DNA of 64,000 nt from Terriglobia bacterium (GTDB taxonomy: Bacteria; Acidobacteriota; Polarisedimenticolia; Polarisedimenticolales; JAIQFR01). How positions within the stretch are numbered: position 1 is the first letter of the stretch; each line of letters opens with the position of its first letter. Made by a program: the position numbers and the translations under genes. The notes under the pieces were generated by a model, which saw nothing but the letters and a program-made list of their open reading frames with translations, searched no databases and was not told the origin of the DNA. The stretch is taken from NCBI GenBank assembly GCA_963748015.1, contig CAVVHE010000008.1:288001-352000 (forward strand), read 5' to 3'. Positions 28,514 to 39,141 of this stretch are shown here, one piece after another.

Positions 28514-29497
28514 ATGAAGATCCAAGCGTACGCCGTGCAGGAAGCCAAGGGCAGGCTCGAGCCGTTCACCTACGACGCGGATCTCGGCGAGCACGACGTC
28601 CTCGTCAAGGTGCAGCACTGCGGCATCTGCCACAGCGACGTCCACCTCGCGGACGGGGACTGGGGTCCGGTGTTCCCGCTCGTTCCCGGACACGAGGTGG
28701 TGGGCGAGGTGGTGGAGGCCGGCGGGAGGGTTTCGCTGCTGGGGAAGGGGATGCGCGTCGGCGTCGGCTGGCAGTGCGACAGCTGCGGCGGCTGCGAGTG
28801 GTGCAACGCGCACGAGGAAGTCCTGTGCGCGACCCACAAGGCGACGTGCATGGGCCACCACGGCGGCTTCGCCGACCACGTCGTCGCGAACGAGCGCTTC
28901 GCGATCCCCCTCCCGGGCGCGCTCGACGCCGTCTCGGCCGCGCCGCTTCTGTGCGGGGGCGCGACCGTGTACACGCCGCTGCGGGAATACGCGAGGGAGG
29001 GCAGCCGCGTCGCCGTGGTGGGGATCGGGGGCCTCGGCCACCTGGCGCTGCAGTTCGCGGGCAAGATGGGGTGCCGCGTCGCCGCGATCAGCACGACCGC
29101 GAGCAAGGAAGCGGAGGCGAGGGCGTTCGGCGCGCACGAGTTCCTCGTCGGCGCGCCGGCGCCGGGGACCTACGACGTCATCGTCAACACGGCGCACGCG
29201 GCGCTGGACATGGACGCGTACGTGGCCGCGCTTCGCCCCAAGGGAGTCTTCGTCCAGGTCGGCGCCGCCGGCGAGCCGATGGCGATCGGCGCCATGGGAC
29301 TCATCCCCGGCTACAAGAAGGTCGCGGGCTCCGCCATCGGGCACCCGGGCGTCATCCGGGAGATGCTCGACTTCGCCGCGAAGAGCGGTGTCATGGCCAA
29401 GGTGCAGGTGCTGCCGATGAGCCAGGTCAACGAGGCCCTCGACCTCACCCGCAAGAACAAGGCGCGCTACAGGATCGTCCTTCGAGCGGGAGCGTAG
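28514..29497 (+). CDS. Zn-dependent NAD(P) alcohol dehydrogenase (CAD/Ahr-like)
   Basis: CGICHSD; PGHEVVG; CxxCxxC; GIGGLGH; RYRIVL. Confidence 0.93.
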   Translation: MKIQAYAVQEAKGRLEPFTYDADLGEHDVLVKVQHCGICHSDVHLADGDWGPVFPLVPGHEVVGEVVEAGGRVSLLGKGMRVGVGWQCDSCGGCEWCNAHEEVLCATHKATCMGHHGGFADHVVANERFAIPLPGALDAVSAAPLLCGGATVYTPLREYAREGSRVAVVGIGGLGHLALQFAGKMGCRVAAISTTASKEAEARAFGAHEFLVGAPAPGTYDVIVNTAHAALDMDAYVAALRPKGVFVQVGAAGEPMAIGAMGLIPGYKKVAGSAIGHPGVIREMLDFAAKSGVMAKVQVLPMSQVNEALDLTRKNKARYRIVLRAGA

Positions 29498-29597
29498 TCC
29501 GCGCCGGACGACGCGGTCAGGGGACCGCAGAATGCGCTCGATTGCCACCTCGGGGTCCGGCCCTCGCCTTTGCCCGGCTTACGAGCACGAGGGAACG

Positions 29598-31268
29598 ATG
29601 AAGCCATCCGCCGTGATTCGTTCCGCGCTTGCGTGCATCGCGGTCGTCCTGCTCGGCGGGCACCGCCCCGTCCCGGCCTCGGACAGCGCCGCGGTGCCGC
29701 TTCCCGGGACGAAGGGTTGGATCGAGGCGCGCTCCGCCCACTTCACCGTGTATTCCGACGCCGGCGAGAGCCGGGCCCGCAAGACCGCCATCGAGCTGGA
29801 GCGCTTCCGCCTCGCGCTCTCGAAGATCTCCAGGGGACTGTCTCTGGGCGACCGGTTCCCCAGCGTGATCTACGCCTTCCGGAACGACTCGACGTTCACG
29901 CCCTACAAGCCCCTGCGGGGCGGCAGGCCCTCGGCCGTGAGCGGTTACTTCCTCGCGACACCGTTCCGGAACTACATCGCGCTGGATGCTTCCGCGGGCT
30001 CGTCGTCCATGAAGGTGGTCTACCACGAGTATTTCCACCAGGTCCTTCGGATCAGCGTCGGCGACGTGCCGCTCTGGCTCAACGAGGGGCTCGCGCAGTA
30101 CTTCGGCACCTTCCGCACCGAGGACCTCGGCGCGGTCGTCCAGGTAGGCCACCGGATCCCCGAGTACGTCGAGTCGAGGTGGTTCGCGCTGATGCCGTGG
30201 TCCGAGGTCTTCGCCGCGACGGTCGATTCTCCGGCGTACAACGAGGAGAGGCGCCAGGGAGGTTTCTACGCCCAGTCCTGGGTCGCGGTCCACTACCTCG
30301 CCGCGACCGACGCGCGCCTCAGGGCCCTGGGACGATACCTGCAGAGGCTGCGGGAGGGAGCGGATCCCGACGAGGCGCTACAGGCCGCGTTCGGGATGGA
30401 CCGGACCGCCCTCGCAACTGCCGTGGAAGAGTACAGCCAGAGGATCGGCAACTACATCTGGCTCGACCTGGGCGACGACGGCGCGAAGATGGATGTGGCC
30501 GTGCGCAAGCTCTCGCCCGGCGAGACATCGTTCCGGCTCGGCGACCTCCTGGCCCATCAACAGAGCCGCGAGCCGGCGCGCCGCCACCTCGAGGCGGCGC
30601 GCGCCGCGGAATGGCCCGCCGCCGAGGTCGAGACCGCGCTCGGTCAGGCGGCCGCCGCCGAGCGGGACAAGGCGAGCGCCGAGTCGCACCTCCGCAAGGC
30701 GGTGGAGGCGGGCGCCGCCTCCGCCGAGCCCTACGTCCTCCTGGGAACGATCCTGTTCGAGAAGGTGACGACGGAGAAGGCCGGGGCGACGACCCCGACC
30801 GATCTCGCCGAGGCTCGCGGCTTCCTCCGAACGGCGATCGAGAAGGAGCCCGAGAGCGTCCCGGCGCTTCGGGCGCTCGCGGGCACGTACCTCTTCGAGA
30901 GCGCGACCGGGCCCGGTATCGAGGCGCTCGTCAAGGCGCGGCGGCTGAGACCCTACGACGCCGAGGTGCTCGAGCTCGGGGCCTGCCTCCTGGCGCGGGG
31001 CGGCAAGCCCGCCGCCGCCGGTGCTCTCGTCGAGCGGACGGCCGTCGCGAGAAACGCCACGCGCGCGAAACGCGTGGACGGCTGCGTCGCCGCGGGAGCC
31101 ATGAGCGCGGCCGCCGACCGGCTGAACGAGCGGGATGCGGACGGCGCCAGGCGGATCTTGGCGGAAGCGCTCGCCGCGGTCCACGATCCGGAGATCCGTT
31201 CGAGGATCGAGAACATGGACCAGCTCGCGGCCCGCGGCATACCCGTCGCGCCTGCGACCGCGAGGTGA
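29598..31268 (+). CDS. Secreted gluzincin-like (DUF1570/peptidase MA-like) protein with TPR repeats
   Basis: YHEYFHQ...PLWLNEGLAQY; FYAQSW; helical TPR-like C-terminus. Confidence 0.75.
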   Translation: MKPSAVIRSALACIAVVLLGGHRPVPASDSAAVPLPGTKGWIEARSAHFTVYSDAGESRARKTAIELERFRLALSKISRGLSLGDRFPSVIYAFRNDSTFTPYKPLRGGRPSAVSGYFLATPFRNYIALDASAGSSSMKVVYHEYFHQVLRISVGDVPLWLNEGLAQYFGTFRTEDLGAVVQVGHRIPEYVESRWFALMPWSEVFAATVDSPAYNEERRQGGFYAQSWVAVHYLAATDARLRALGRYLQRLREGADPDEALQAAFGMDRTALATAVEEYSQRIGNYIWLDLGDDGAKMDVAVRKLSPGETSFRLGDLLAHQQSREPARRHLEAARAAEWPAAEVETALGQAAAAERDKASAESHLRKAVEAGAASAEPYVLLGTILFEKVTTEKAGATTPTDLAEARGFLRTAIEKEPESVPALRALAGTYLFESATGPGIEALVKARRLRPYDAEVLELGACLLARGGKPAAAGALVERTAVARNATRAKRVDGCVAAGAMSAAADRLNERDADGARRILAEALAAVHDPEIRSRIENMDQLAARGIPVAPATAR

Positions 31269-31340
31269 CGAAGACCCGCGGCAGCGCGCCCACCGACGAC
31301 GAGCCGGAATCGCGGGAGTTCATGCATAATCCGGGCTGAG

Positions 31341-32363
31341 ATGACGGACCTCGCCGGGAGGCTCGACGCGATCGAGCGGGTGCGGTTGGCGGACCTTCCC
31401 ACGCCGATCGAGGAGGCGCCGCGACTCGCGGCGCACGCCGGCCTCGCGCGGCTGCTGATCAAGCGCGACGACAAGACCGGGCTCGCCCTCGGCGGGAACA
31501 AGGCCCGCAAGCTCGAGTACGACCTCGCGGTCGCCGTGCGCGAGGGCGCCGACGTCCTGGTCACGATCGGGGGCTGGCAGTCGAACCACGCGGCGATGAC
31601 GTCGGCCGCGGGGCGGCGGCTCGGGCTCGAGACGAAGCTGGTTCTCGGCGGCCCGGACTTCGAGCGGTTCGACGGGAACCTGCTCCTCGACGTGCTCTTC
31701 GGCGCGGAGATCCGCTACCTGGTCGACGACGACGCCAACGAGTCCCTCGCCGCGGCGATGGACGACTGGGTGCGCGAGCTTCGCCGGGCCGGCCGTAAGC
31801 CCCACCCTCTCCCCATCGGCGGAAGCACGGGAGTGGGGGCTCTGGGCTACGCGCGGGCGATGATGGAGCTGGCCGGGCAGCTCGGCGACGGACCGGTGCA
31901 ACTCGTGACCGCGGTCGGCTCGTGCGGAACCCTTGCCGGGTTGGTCCTCGGCGCGCGGTGCTTCCTCCCCCGGGCGCGGGTCGTCGGGGTCAGCGTCTCC
32001 CGCACGGCGGGCGCGATCGCGGAGCGCACGGCCGAGCTGGTGCGCGACGGCGCGCGGCTGCTCGGGATCGAGTCGCCGGTGTCCGAGGGCGACCTCGAGT
32101 GCCACGACGCGTACGCGGGCGAGTACGGCGTCCCGACCCCCGCGGGACAGGACGCGATCCTCACCGCGGCCCGGCTCGAAGGCCTCGTCCTCGATCCGGT
32201 CTACACGGGAAAAGCGATGAGCGGACTGCTCGACCTCGCGCGCCGCCGCGTTCTCGACCCGGCGGTACCGACGGTCTTCCTCCACACCGGCGGCTCGCCG
32301 ATCACGTTCGCTTTCGAGCACGCATTCCGCGGCCAGGCCGTCTGCACGAAGATCCGGCGGTGA
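31341..32363 (+). CDS. D-cysteine desulfhydrase/ACC deaminase family PLP enzyme
   Basis: IKRDD.TG...GGNKARKLE; QSNH; GSCGT; LDPVYTGKA; FLHTGG. Confidence 0.9.
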   Translation: MTDLAGRLDAIERVRLADLPTPIEEAPRLAAHAGLARLLIKRDDKTGLALGGNKARKLEYDLAVAVREGADVLVTIGGWQSNHAAMTSAAGRRLGLETKLVLGGPDFERFDGNLLLDVLFGAEIRYLVDDDANESLAAAMDDWVRELRRAGRKPHPLPIGGSTGVGALGYARAMMELAGQLGDGPVQLVTAVGSCGTLAGLVLGARCFLPRARVVGVSVSRTAGAIAERTAELVRDGARLLGIESPVSEGDLECHDAYAGEYGVPTPAGQDAILTAARLEGLVLDPVYTGKAMSGLLDLARRRVLDPAVPTVFLHTGGSPITFAFEHAFRGQAVCTKIRR

Positions 32364-32367
32364 GTCC

Positions 32368-33991
32368 ATGAGCGGTCTCGGTCGGGCCATGGGGCGGTTC
32401 CTCGGTCTCGCGGTCGCGCTGGCCGCGGTCTCGCTCTCGACGCCCGCGCCCGGATCGACGGGGCCGGAGGCGTCCGAGGTCCATTCCGACCCTGACGGCG
32501 GCGCTCGGCGATCCCGACCCGCTGGCGCGCGAGCGCGCGGCGGCGGCGCTCGGGGAGCTCGGCCCGAAGGCAGCGGCCGCGATCCGGCCCCTCGTCGCGA
32601 CGTTCGCCGGCGACGATCCCTACGTCGCCGGCGCGGCCGCGGTCGCGCTGGCGCGGATCGGCGCGGAGAGCGTGCCGGCGCTGGCGGAGGCCCTGGCCGA
32701 CGCGCGCGAGAGCGTGCGCTGGTCCGCCGCCATCGCCCTCGGGCGGCTCGGCCCTTCCGCGGCGGCCGCCGCGCCGGCGCTCGTGATCGCGCTCGGCGAC
32801 GCGAAGGAGACGATCCGGGCCTGCGCCGCGACCGCCCTCGGCGCGATCGGACCGGGGGCGGCCGGCGCGGTCCCGGCGCTCACCGAGGCGCTGCACGACC
32901 GCGACGAGGACGTGCGCCGCGCCGCGCGCATCGCCCTGGCCCAGGTCGCTCCATCGCGGCGCGCTGGGCCGCCCTCTCGCGAGGAACTCATCGCGACGAT
33001 CGACCGGCTCGTTCCGAAACTGATGGAGGAGCACCACGTTCCTGGGGTCTCGATCGCCCTCATCGGCGAAGGGAAGGTGGCCTGGTCGAAGGCGTACGGC
33101 GTGAGCGACGCCGCGACCAAGACGCCGGTCACGAGGGAGACGCTCTTCGAGGCCGCCTCGATGAGCAAGCCGGTCTTCGCCGTCCTCGCGCTGCAGCTCG
33201 CCGACGCGGGACGGCTCGACCTCGATCGCCCGCTGGCCGAGTACGCGACCGAGCCCTTCGTGCCGGACCAGCCGGGCCGCCGGCGCGTCACCGCGCGGAT
33301 GGTGCTCTCGCACACGGCCGGGTTCCCCAACTGGCGCCCGGGGGGCGAGGAGCGCGAGGGGCCGCTGCCGCTGCTGTTCGAGCCCGGGGAGCGATTCGGC
33401 TACTCGGGGGAAGGGATGTTCTACCTGCAGCGCGTCGTCGAGCGGATCACGGGACAGCCGCTCGACGTGCGCGCCCGGGCGGCGCTCTTCGATCCCCTCG
33501 GCCTCCCGCACTCGAGCTTCGCCTGGAGCCCGGCGGTCGACCGCTCGCTCGCCAGCGGCCACACCGCGGACGGGGCCTTCCTCGCCAGGTCGAAGTACAC
33601 CCATCCGAACGCGGCCTACACGCTCTACACGACCGCGGAGGAGTACGCCCGGATCATCGTCGAGGTCATGAGCGCCGCGCGCTCCCGCTCGAAGGTCCTC
33701 TCGCGGCGTTCGGCGCGCGAGATGCTACGGGGACAGGTCGCCCTCGACGCGCGGGATCCGATCGAGCGGCCGGGCTCCGCCGAGGGACGCTCGGTGCACT
33801 GGGGGCTCGGCTGGTCGATCAACTCCACGGACGGCGGCGACATCTACCACCACAGCGGGGCCAACCGGACCGGTTTCCGCTGCTTCAGCCAGTTCTCGCT
33901 CGACCGGCGATCGGGCCTCGTCATCCTGACCAACGGCATCCAAGGCGGCGACCTGTGGACCCGGCTGGTCGCCGCGATCGGAGACCTGTGA
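32368..33991 (+). CDS. HEAT-repeat plus serine hydrolase (beta-lactamase class C-like) protein; frameshift near 32485
   Basis: VRWSAAIALGRLG repeats; ASMSK; LSHTAG; YSG; HSG. Confidence 0.8.
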
Positions 33992-35646
33992 GCCGAAACG
34001 CGCGATTGGCGACGGCGGTCTGCCTTGGCCTGGCGGCCCTCGGGTCCGTAGCCCTTGCGGCAACGGAGCCTCCTTCCATCGCCGCCGACTTCGTCGAGGC
34101 GTCCCCTTCGCCTCCGGTGCCGGAGCCGCTTCGAGCGGCGCTGGCCGGGATCCGGGCCGAGGCGCTTGGCGCCCACGTCGCATTCCTCGCTTCCCCGGCG
34201 CTCGAGGGGCGCGGCCTCGGCTCCCCCGGCCTCGAGGCCGCGGCGGAATACGCCGCGGCTTTCCTGACCCAGCTCGGAGCCGTTCCTCTGGGAAGCGAGG
34301 GGGCCGGCCTATCCGTTCACGCGCGCTTCTTCCAGACCGTACCGCTGCGCGAGGTGACCGGATTCACCGGCGACATCACGATCGAGACGCAACGGGGCGA
34401 GAGCGCCCACCGCGAGTCGTTCGCGGCGGGCACGGAGTGCGTGTTCGATCCGGCGGGACCGCGAAAGCTCACCACGCCGCTCGCGTTCGCCGGCTACGGG
34501 ATCCGCGAGGAGGCTCTCGGCCGCGACGACTACACGGGGCTCGACGTCCGCGGCCGCATCGTCCTGGTCCTCGGCGGGGTGCCTCCCGGCGAGACGTGGC
34601 GGACCGCGGAGCTCGTTTCCCGCTACGCCGCGGACAAGCGTGATGATCGCTGGAAGACGAAGGTCGAGACCGCGCGCGCGCGCGGCGCCGCGGCGGTGAT
34701 CGCCGTGGACCCCGGGCCCCTCGTCCGGCGCGCGGAGAAAGAGGACGCCACCCCGCCAGCGTGCTGGCTGCCTTGGGACAAGGAGGCCGAGCCTCTTCCC
34801 GTGGCGTACCTCTCCGGCGCGGCAGCCCGGTCGATCCTCGCGGCGCTGGGGCTCGATGACCCCAAGACGGAAGGGAGCGGGCCGCGCCAGCTCGCGGGCG
34901 CGCGCGCCACGTTCCACACGGGCGGCAGCGAGCGCAGGGTCGAGGCGCGCAACGTCGTCGGCTACTTCGCCGGGTCCGATCCCGCGCTGCGCGACGAGGC
35001 GGTGGTGATCGGGGCGCACCTCGATCACCTGGGCCGTCCCGGCGGCGTCATCCATCCCGGCGCCGACGACAACGCTTCGGGGGTCGCAGCGCTGCTCGAG
35101 ATCGCGCGGGGGATCGCCTCGTTGCCCGCGGCGCCGAAACGATCGGTCGTCGTCGCCTTCTGGGCAGGGGAGGAAGAAGGGAAGTTCGGGTCGGGCTACT
35201 TCGTGCGGCATCCGCGGTGGCCGCTCGCGCGGATCGCGGCCTACATCAACCTCGACATGATCGGGCACCCGTGGCTCGCCGAGGAGCTCGCGAAGCTGGT
35301 CGCCGACACCAAGCTGCCGGACGGGGCGGGGTTTCTCTCGCGGACCAAGGTCTCCGAGTTCGCCGAGCCGGGGCTGCCGGTGGACGCGCCGGAGCTGGCG
35401 GCCGCGCTGCGCTGGGCGGGCTCGGCGGCGGGGATGGCCCTCCACCTCGACCGCTGCGACGGCACGCACGGGGGGAGCGACTACCGCGACTTCGCGCGCG
35501 CGCGGGTGCCGTGGATCCGATTCTTCGGAAATTTCTTCCCGGCGTACCACGAGGCCGGCGACACGGCCGAGGCCCTCGATCCCGCGCAGGTCCGGCGGAT
35601 GGCCCGTCTCGCGCTCGCCACCGCGTGGCGGCTCGCGGAGCGCTGA
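33988..35646 (+). CDS. M28 family aminopeptidase with a PA domain
   Basis: GAHLDHLG; GADDNASG; GEEEG; INLDMIG; SDY; YH. Confidence 0.88.
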   Translation: MSRNARLATAVCLGLAALGSVALAATEPPSIAADFVEASPSPPVPEPLRAALAGIRAEALGAHVAFLASPALEGRGLGSPGLEAAAEYAAAFLTQLGAVPLGSEGAGLSVHARFFQTVPLREVTGFTGDITIETQRGESAHRESFAAGTECVFDPAGPRKLTTPLAFAGYGIREEALGRDDYTGLDVRGRIVLVLGGVPPGETWRTAELVSRYAADKRDDRWKTKVETARARGAAAVIAVDPGPLVRRAEKEDATPPACWLPWDKEAEPLPVAYLSGAAARSILAALGLDDPKTEGSGPRQLAGARATFHTGGSERRVEARNVVGYFAGSDPALRDEAVVIGAHLDHLGRPGGVIHPGADDNASGVAALLEIARGIASLPAAPKRSVVVAFWAGEEEGKFGSGYFVRHPRWPLARIAAYINLDMIGHPWLAEELAKLVADTKLPDGAGFLSRTKVSEFAEPGLPVDAPELAAALRWAGSAAGMALHLDRCDGTHGGSDYRDFARARVPWIRFFGNFFPAYHEAGDTAEALDPAQVRRMARLALATAWRLAER

Positions 35647-35772
35647 CGGCCCAAGGGGACCTTTTTATTCACGATCAGATCGTCAGCAAGCCTCGCTGAA
35701 TCGTGGCTTTCGCGACTCCCTGCCGTGGTACATTTCGCGCTACCGCACGAGTCCACGAGAGGAGGGGCTACC

Positions 35773-36993
35773 ATGCCTCGTCACACCCTTGAGCACGTCC
35801 ACGATCGTGGCGCCGGCCGGCGCCGAATGGATGGCCCGATGCGGGCGGCGGCCCTCGCCCTGTGCCTGCTGTTCCTTCCCGCGCTGATAACCTTCCACGG
35901 GTCGACGGCGACCGCCGGCAGCGTTCCGTGCGACTGCGAGTCGTGCCACGGCCAGCATCACCCGGCGGGCTTCACGGGCTGCTCGGCGTGTCACGGATCT
36001 CCACCGCAGGACGTCACGCACCTCGCCCACTACGGCGCCCCTCCGGCGGACGCACTCCGGTACGGGGACACCTCCGTCACAAGCACGGCCAGCGCGTACC
36101 TGTTCGGCTGCGGCAACTGCCATCCGCTGAACCGGGTCAACCACATGAACGGCGTCGTGGACAAGGAGCTGTACAACCCGGTCGCGCCCGCCGGCTCGCT
36201 GAAGGCCAAGAACCCCTCGACCGCGGCGTACGACCCGGTCGCGAAGACCTGCCGCGACGTGTACTGCCACAGCGGCTACACGATCGTGTCCGGCCCCGTC
36301 GGCCCGCCGTTGACCTCTCCGCCCGAGGCCGTGCCGCCGGGGTTCACGCTCAACAACGCCTACATCATGGACCCCACGTGCAACAACCTGACCTACGCCC
36401 CCTACACGGCCGCCTACTCGAGGGTGTACGTGACGACCCCCCCGTGGGGCCAGGCGTTCCCCACGCCGAGGACCTGCTCGGAGTGCCACGGTTTCCCGCC
36501 CACGACCTCCGACCCGGCCGTCTCGGCCGGGGTGGGCGACAGCCACCAGTGGATCGACCAGTGGGGCTTCCGGAACCTGCACGCCTGGAACATGGGGTTC
36601 GATCCCGTCCAGTGCAGGACCTGCCACTACGTCACGGTCACGCAGGCCGGCTCCTACTCGCCGACGCTCGGGGAGGGTGTGGTGGTCTACGGGGCCGTTC
36701 CTCTGGCCAGCCGGGTGCCGCACGTGAACGGCGTGCCCGACGTCGCGTTCGACACGGTCAACGGCGCCCGGTACCGGAATCTCTACAGCCTCGCGAGCGC
36801 CGCATACGATCCCGCCACGAAGACCTGCTCGAACGTGGCGTGCCACTCCAGTGTCCCCGTCGGCCGCACGGGAGCGCGCTGGCAGCCACAAGCCAAGTGG
36901 GGTTCACCCTATCGATGGGAGTGGGGCTCCGCGGAGTGCGATCTCTGCCACCGAACCGCATCGCTCGGCACGACGTGCCAAGCGGCGCATTGA
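35773..36993 (+). CDS. Multiheme cytochrome c with CxxxxCH/CxxCH domains (about 8 hemes)
   Basis: CESCH, CSACH, CGNCH, CRDVYCH, CSECH, CRTCH, CSNVACH, CDLCH; signal peptide. Confidence 0.88.
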   Translation: MPRHTLEHVHDRGAGRRRMDGPMRAAALALCLLFLPALITFHGSTATAGSVPCDCESCHGQHHPAGFTGCSACHGSPPQDVTHLAHYGAPPADALRYGDTSVTSTASAYLFGCGNCHPLNRVNHMNGVVDKELYNPVAPAGSLKAKNPSTAAYDPVAKTCRDVYCHSGYTIVSGPVGPPLTSPPEAVPPGFTLNNAYIMDPTCNNLTYAPYTAAYSRVYVTTPPWGQAFPTPRTCSECHGFPPTTSDPAVSAGVGDSHQWIDQWGFRNLHAWNMGFDPVQCRTCHYVTVTQAGSYSPTLGEGVVVYGAVPLASRVPHVNGVPDVAFDTVNGARYRNLYSLASAAYDPATKTCSNVACHSSVPVGRTGARWQPQAKWGSPYRWEWGSAECDLCHRTASLGTTCQAAH

Positions 36994-37023
36994 CCGCCAC
37001 GCGCGAAACTCCAGAGGTGTAGC

Positions 37024-38391
37024 ATGCGCGAGACACACCAGACCCTCGAGATCGGCAGGCGTGGCCGGCGGTTCGGGCGCTACCTCCTAGGCTTCCTGTT
37101 GCTTCTGCTCCTCCCGGCGGCCGCGACGGCGCAAGAGCTGTCCTGTCCCGACTGCCACAACCCGAACGGGATCCCCGCGCCGCACGACACGGGCTGCCGG
37201 AACACGCCCTGCTCCGAGGCGTGTCACACGATCGGCACCGGCCAGCTGAATCACATGACGGGGCCCGGCACGCCGGCCGCCGCCTCCGCCGACCGCACGA
37301 TCTACTGCAACAGTTGCCACAACGTCCCCTGGGAAGGGGTCTACCATCCCTACACGGTCAACGTGCTCGCGGGGACGCCGACGATCCCGGGGAACGTGGA
37401 CCTGGACCAGGTCTGCGGCCAGTGCCACGGAGGAGGCGTCGTCCAGGACGCGCTGCACCAGCCCAGACCCCCGGCGCAGTACAGGACCAAGGCCGCCCTG
37501 GCGCCGGTGGCTCAAGGCATTCATGACTCCTCCTGGGTCAGCTACCCCGTGTCGTTCAGCTCGTCCTCCAGCGGCCTGACCCTCTACGCGAACGCCCTGG
37601 TCGATTGCGGGGGCACCTGTCCGCCCCTGACCTACGACTGGGTATGGGGAGACGGGAGTCAGAATCTCGGGGCCGCCGCGGCCGCGTCGCACGCGTACCC
37701 CGCCGGGGGCACGTACACGATCTCGCTGACGGTCCGCGCGAACGGCCTGACGGCCGGCGCAGCGACCGGAAGCGTGACGGTCACCCTTCAGGACTTGCCC
37801 CCGGTAGCCGCGGGAATCTGCACCTGGACCGAGGCGACCTGGACGATGACGGTCCGGGACACGTCCATGGACACGGACGCGACGCCCGTGCAGAGCGTCA
37901 CCGTGGCGTGGGGAGACGGCAGCCTCAACTCCAACGGCGGCCCCGGCGCGCTCTTCACCCACACGTACATCTCTCCGGGAGCGTACACGCCGACCCTGAA
38001 GGCCGTCGACACGGCCCTCAAGATCAGCGACCCTCTCTTCGCCTGTCCGACGCCGGCCACCCCGACCTACTACAGCATTCGCGGCACGGTATACAGGAAC
38101 GATGGAACGACGCCGATCTCGTCGGCGCTGGTCACCCTGAAGTTGGGCGCGACGACGGTCAAGAACTTCAGCACGGGGGCCACCGGGGCGTTCTCGTTCC
38201 TGTCCCTCAAGCCGGGCACGTATTCGCTCACGGTTACGAGGTCCGGGTACAACTTCGGACCGGCACCGCAGGTCCCGAGCGTCGTCGTCGGACCGGATCG
38301 AGTGGGCATCGCCATCAAAGCCCTGTCAGCCGCAACCGCGATGGCCGTTCGGACCGGCGTTGCGCCGTTGCCGGAGCCGGCGCCGGAGTAA
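37024..38391 (+). CDS. Multiheme cytochrome c with two PKD domains and a carboxypeptidase-regulatory-like domain
   Basis: CPDCH, CSEACH, CNSCH, CGQCH; WxWGDGS...HxY..G.Y twice; LKPGTYSLTVTRSGY. Confidence 0.82.
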   Translation: MRETHQTLEIGRRGRRFGRYLLGFLLLLLLPAAATAQELSCPDCHNPNGIPAPHDTGCRNTPCSEACHTIGTGQLNHMTGPGTPAAASADRTIYCNSCHNVPWEGVYHPYTVNVLAGTPTIPGNVDLDQVCGQCHGGGVVQDALHQPRPPAQYRTKAALAPVAQGIHDSSWVSYPVSFSSSSSGLTLYANALVDCGGTCPPLTYDWVWGDGSQNLGAAAAASHAYPAGGTYTISLTVRANGLTAGAATGSVTVTLQDLPPVAAGICTWTEATWTMTVRDTSMDTDATPVQSVTVAWGDGSLNSNGGPGALFTHTYISPGAYTPTLKAVDTALKISDPLFACPTPATPTYYSIRGTVYRNDGTTPISSALVTLKLGATTVKNFSTGATGAFSFLSLKPGTYSLTVTRSGYNFGPAPQVPSVVVGPDRVGIAIKALSAATAMAVRTGVAPLPEPAPE

Positions 38392-38518
38392 GGCCGGAAG
38401 CCGGGTTGGAGTCGGAGCCGGGCCACTTTGTTCGAGCTTCCAGGAGATCGCGGCGAGCGCCGCCGCGGTCCAGCCCTGCGCCTCGCCTCCGTCCGGTCGT
38501 CTCGTCTTCCGATGAACG

Positions 38519-38992
38519 TCAGGGCCGGTTCAACCGCCACAGCGCGAAGTTGAGGCACGACGCGAACCCGACCCAGAGGGCATACGGGATCATCAGCGCG
38601 CCGGCCCGCCAGTCCTGTCGCCAGAACAGCGCTGCCGCCGCCAGGATCGCCGCGAACAGAACGACGATGTCGAGCAAGGCGGCGCCGGGCCGATGAAGGC
38701 CGAAGAAGAGATAGGACCAGAGCGCGTTGAGGACGAGCTGCGCGACGAAAAGGATCAGCGCCGCCGCGGCGCCGCGGAAGCCCGCCCGACGCCAGACCAA
38801 CCACGCCGCCACGGCCATCAGCGTGTAGAGAACGGTCCACACCGGGGCGAAGATCCAGTTCGGCGGATTCCATGGCGGTTTCGTGAGCGACGCGTACCAG
38901 GCCCCGGGCATGTACCGGGAGCCGATCCAGGCGGCGGCGAAACAGACTGCGAGCCAGCCCGCGAGACCCAGAAAGCTCCTTGCAGCTCCCAC
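38519..38992 (-). CDS. tspO: TspO/MBR tryptophan-rich sensory protein
   Basis: WYASLTKPPWNPPNWIFAPVWTVLY; LNALWSYLFF; PYALWVGFA. Confidence 0.93.
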   Translation of the reverse strand: MGAARSFLGLAGWLAVCFAAAWIGSRYMPGAWYASLTKPPWNPPNWIFAPVWTVLYTLMAVAAWLVWRRAGFRGAAAALILFVAQLVLNALWSYLFFGLHRPGAALLDIVVLFAAILAAAALFWRQDWRAGALMIPYALWVGFASCLNFALWRLNRP

Positions 38993-39141
38993 GCCTTCTC
39001 CCTCCCTCTCGAGCCCGCATCGAGCCGCGGGCTCGCGGCGCACCACAACCCGGGGAGTCTATCGCGCGCGGCGTGCCGGCTCCGCGCGTTTGACAGCGCT
39101 GGAGGCCCCGCCTAGACTCGGCCCCGACCGGAGGGCTTTCC

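Noticed and set aside
32368..35646. A single 1092-aa ORF
   Set aside because: Its middle is an off-frame read of the HEAT/beta-lactamase gene; the M28 gene most likely starts at GTG 33988.
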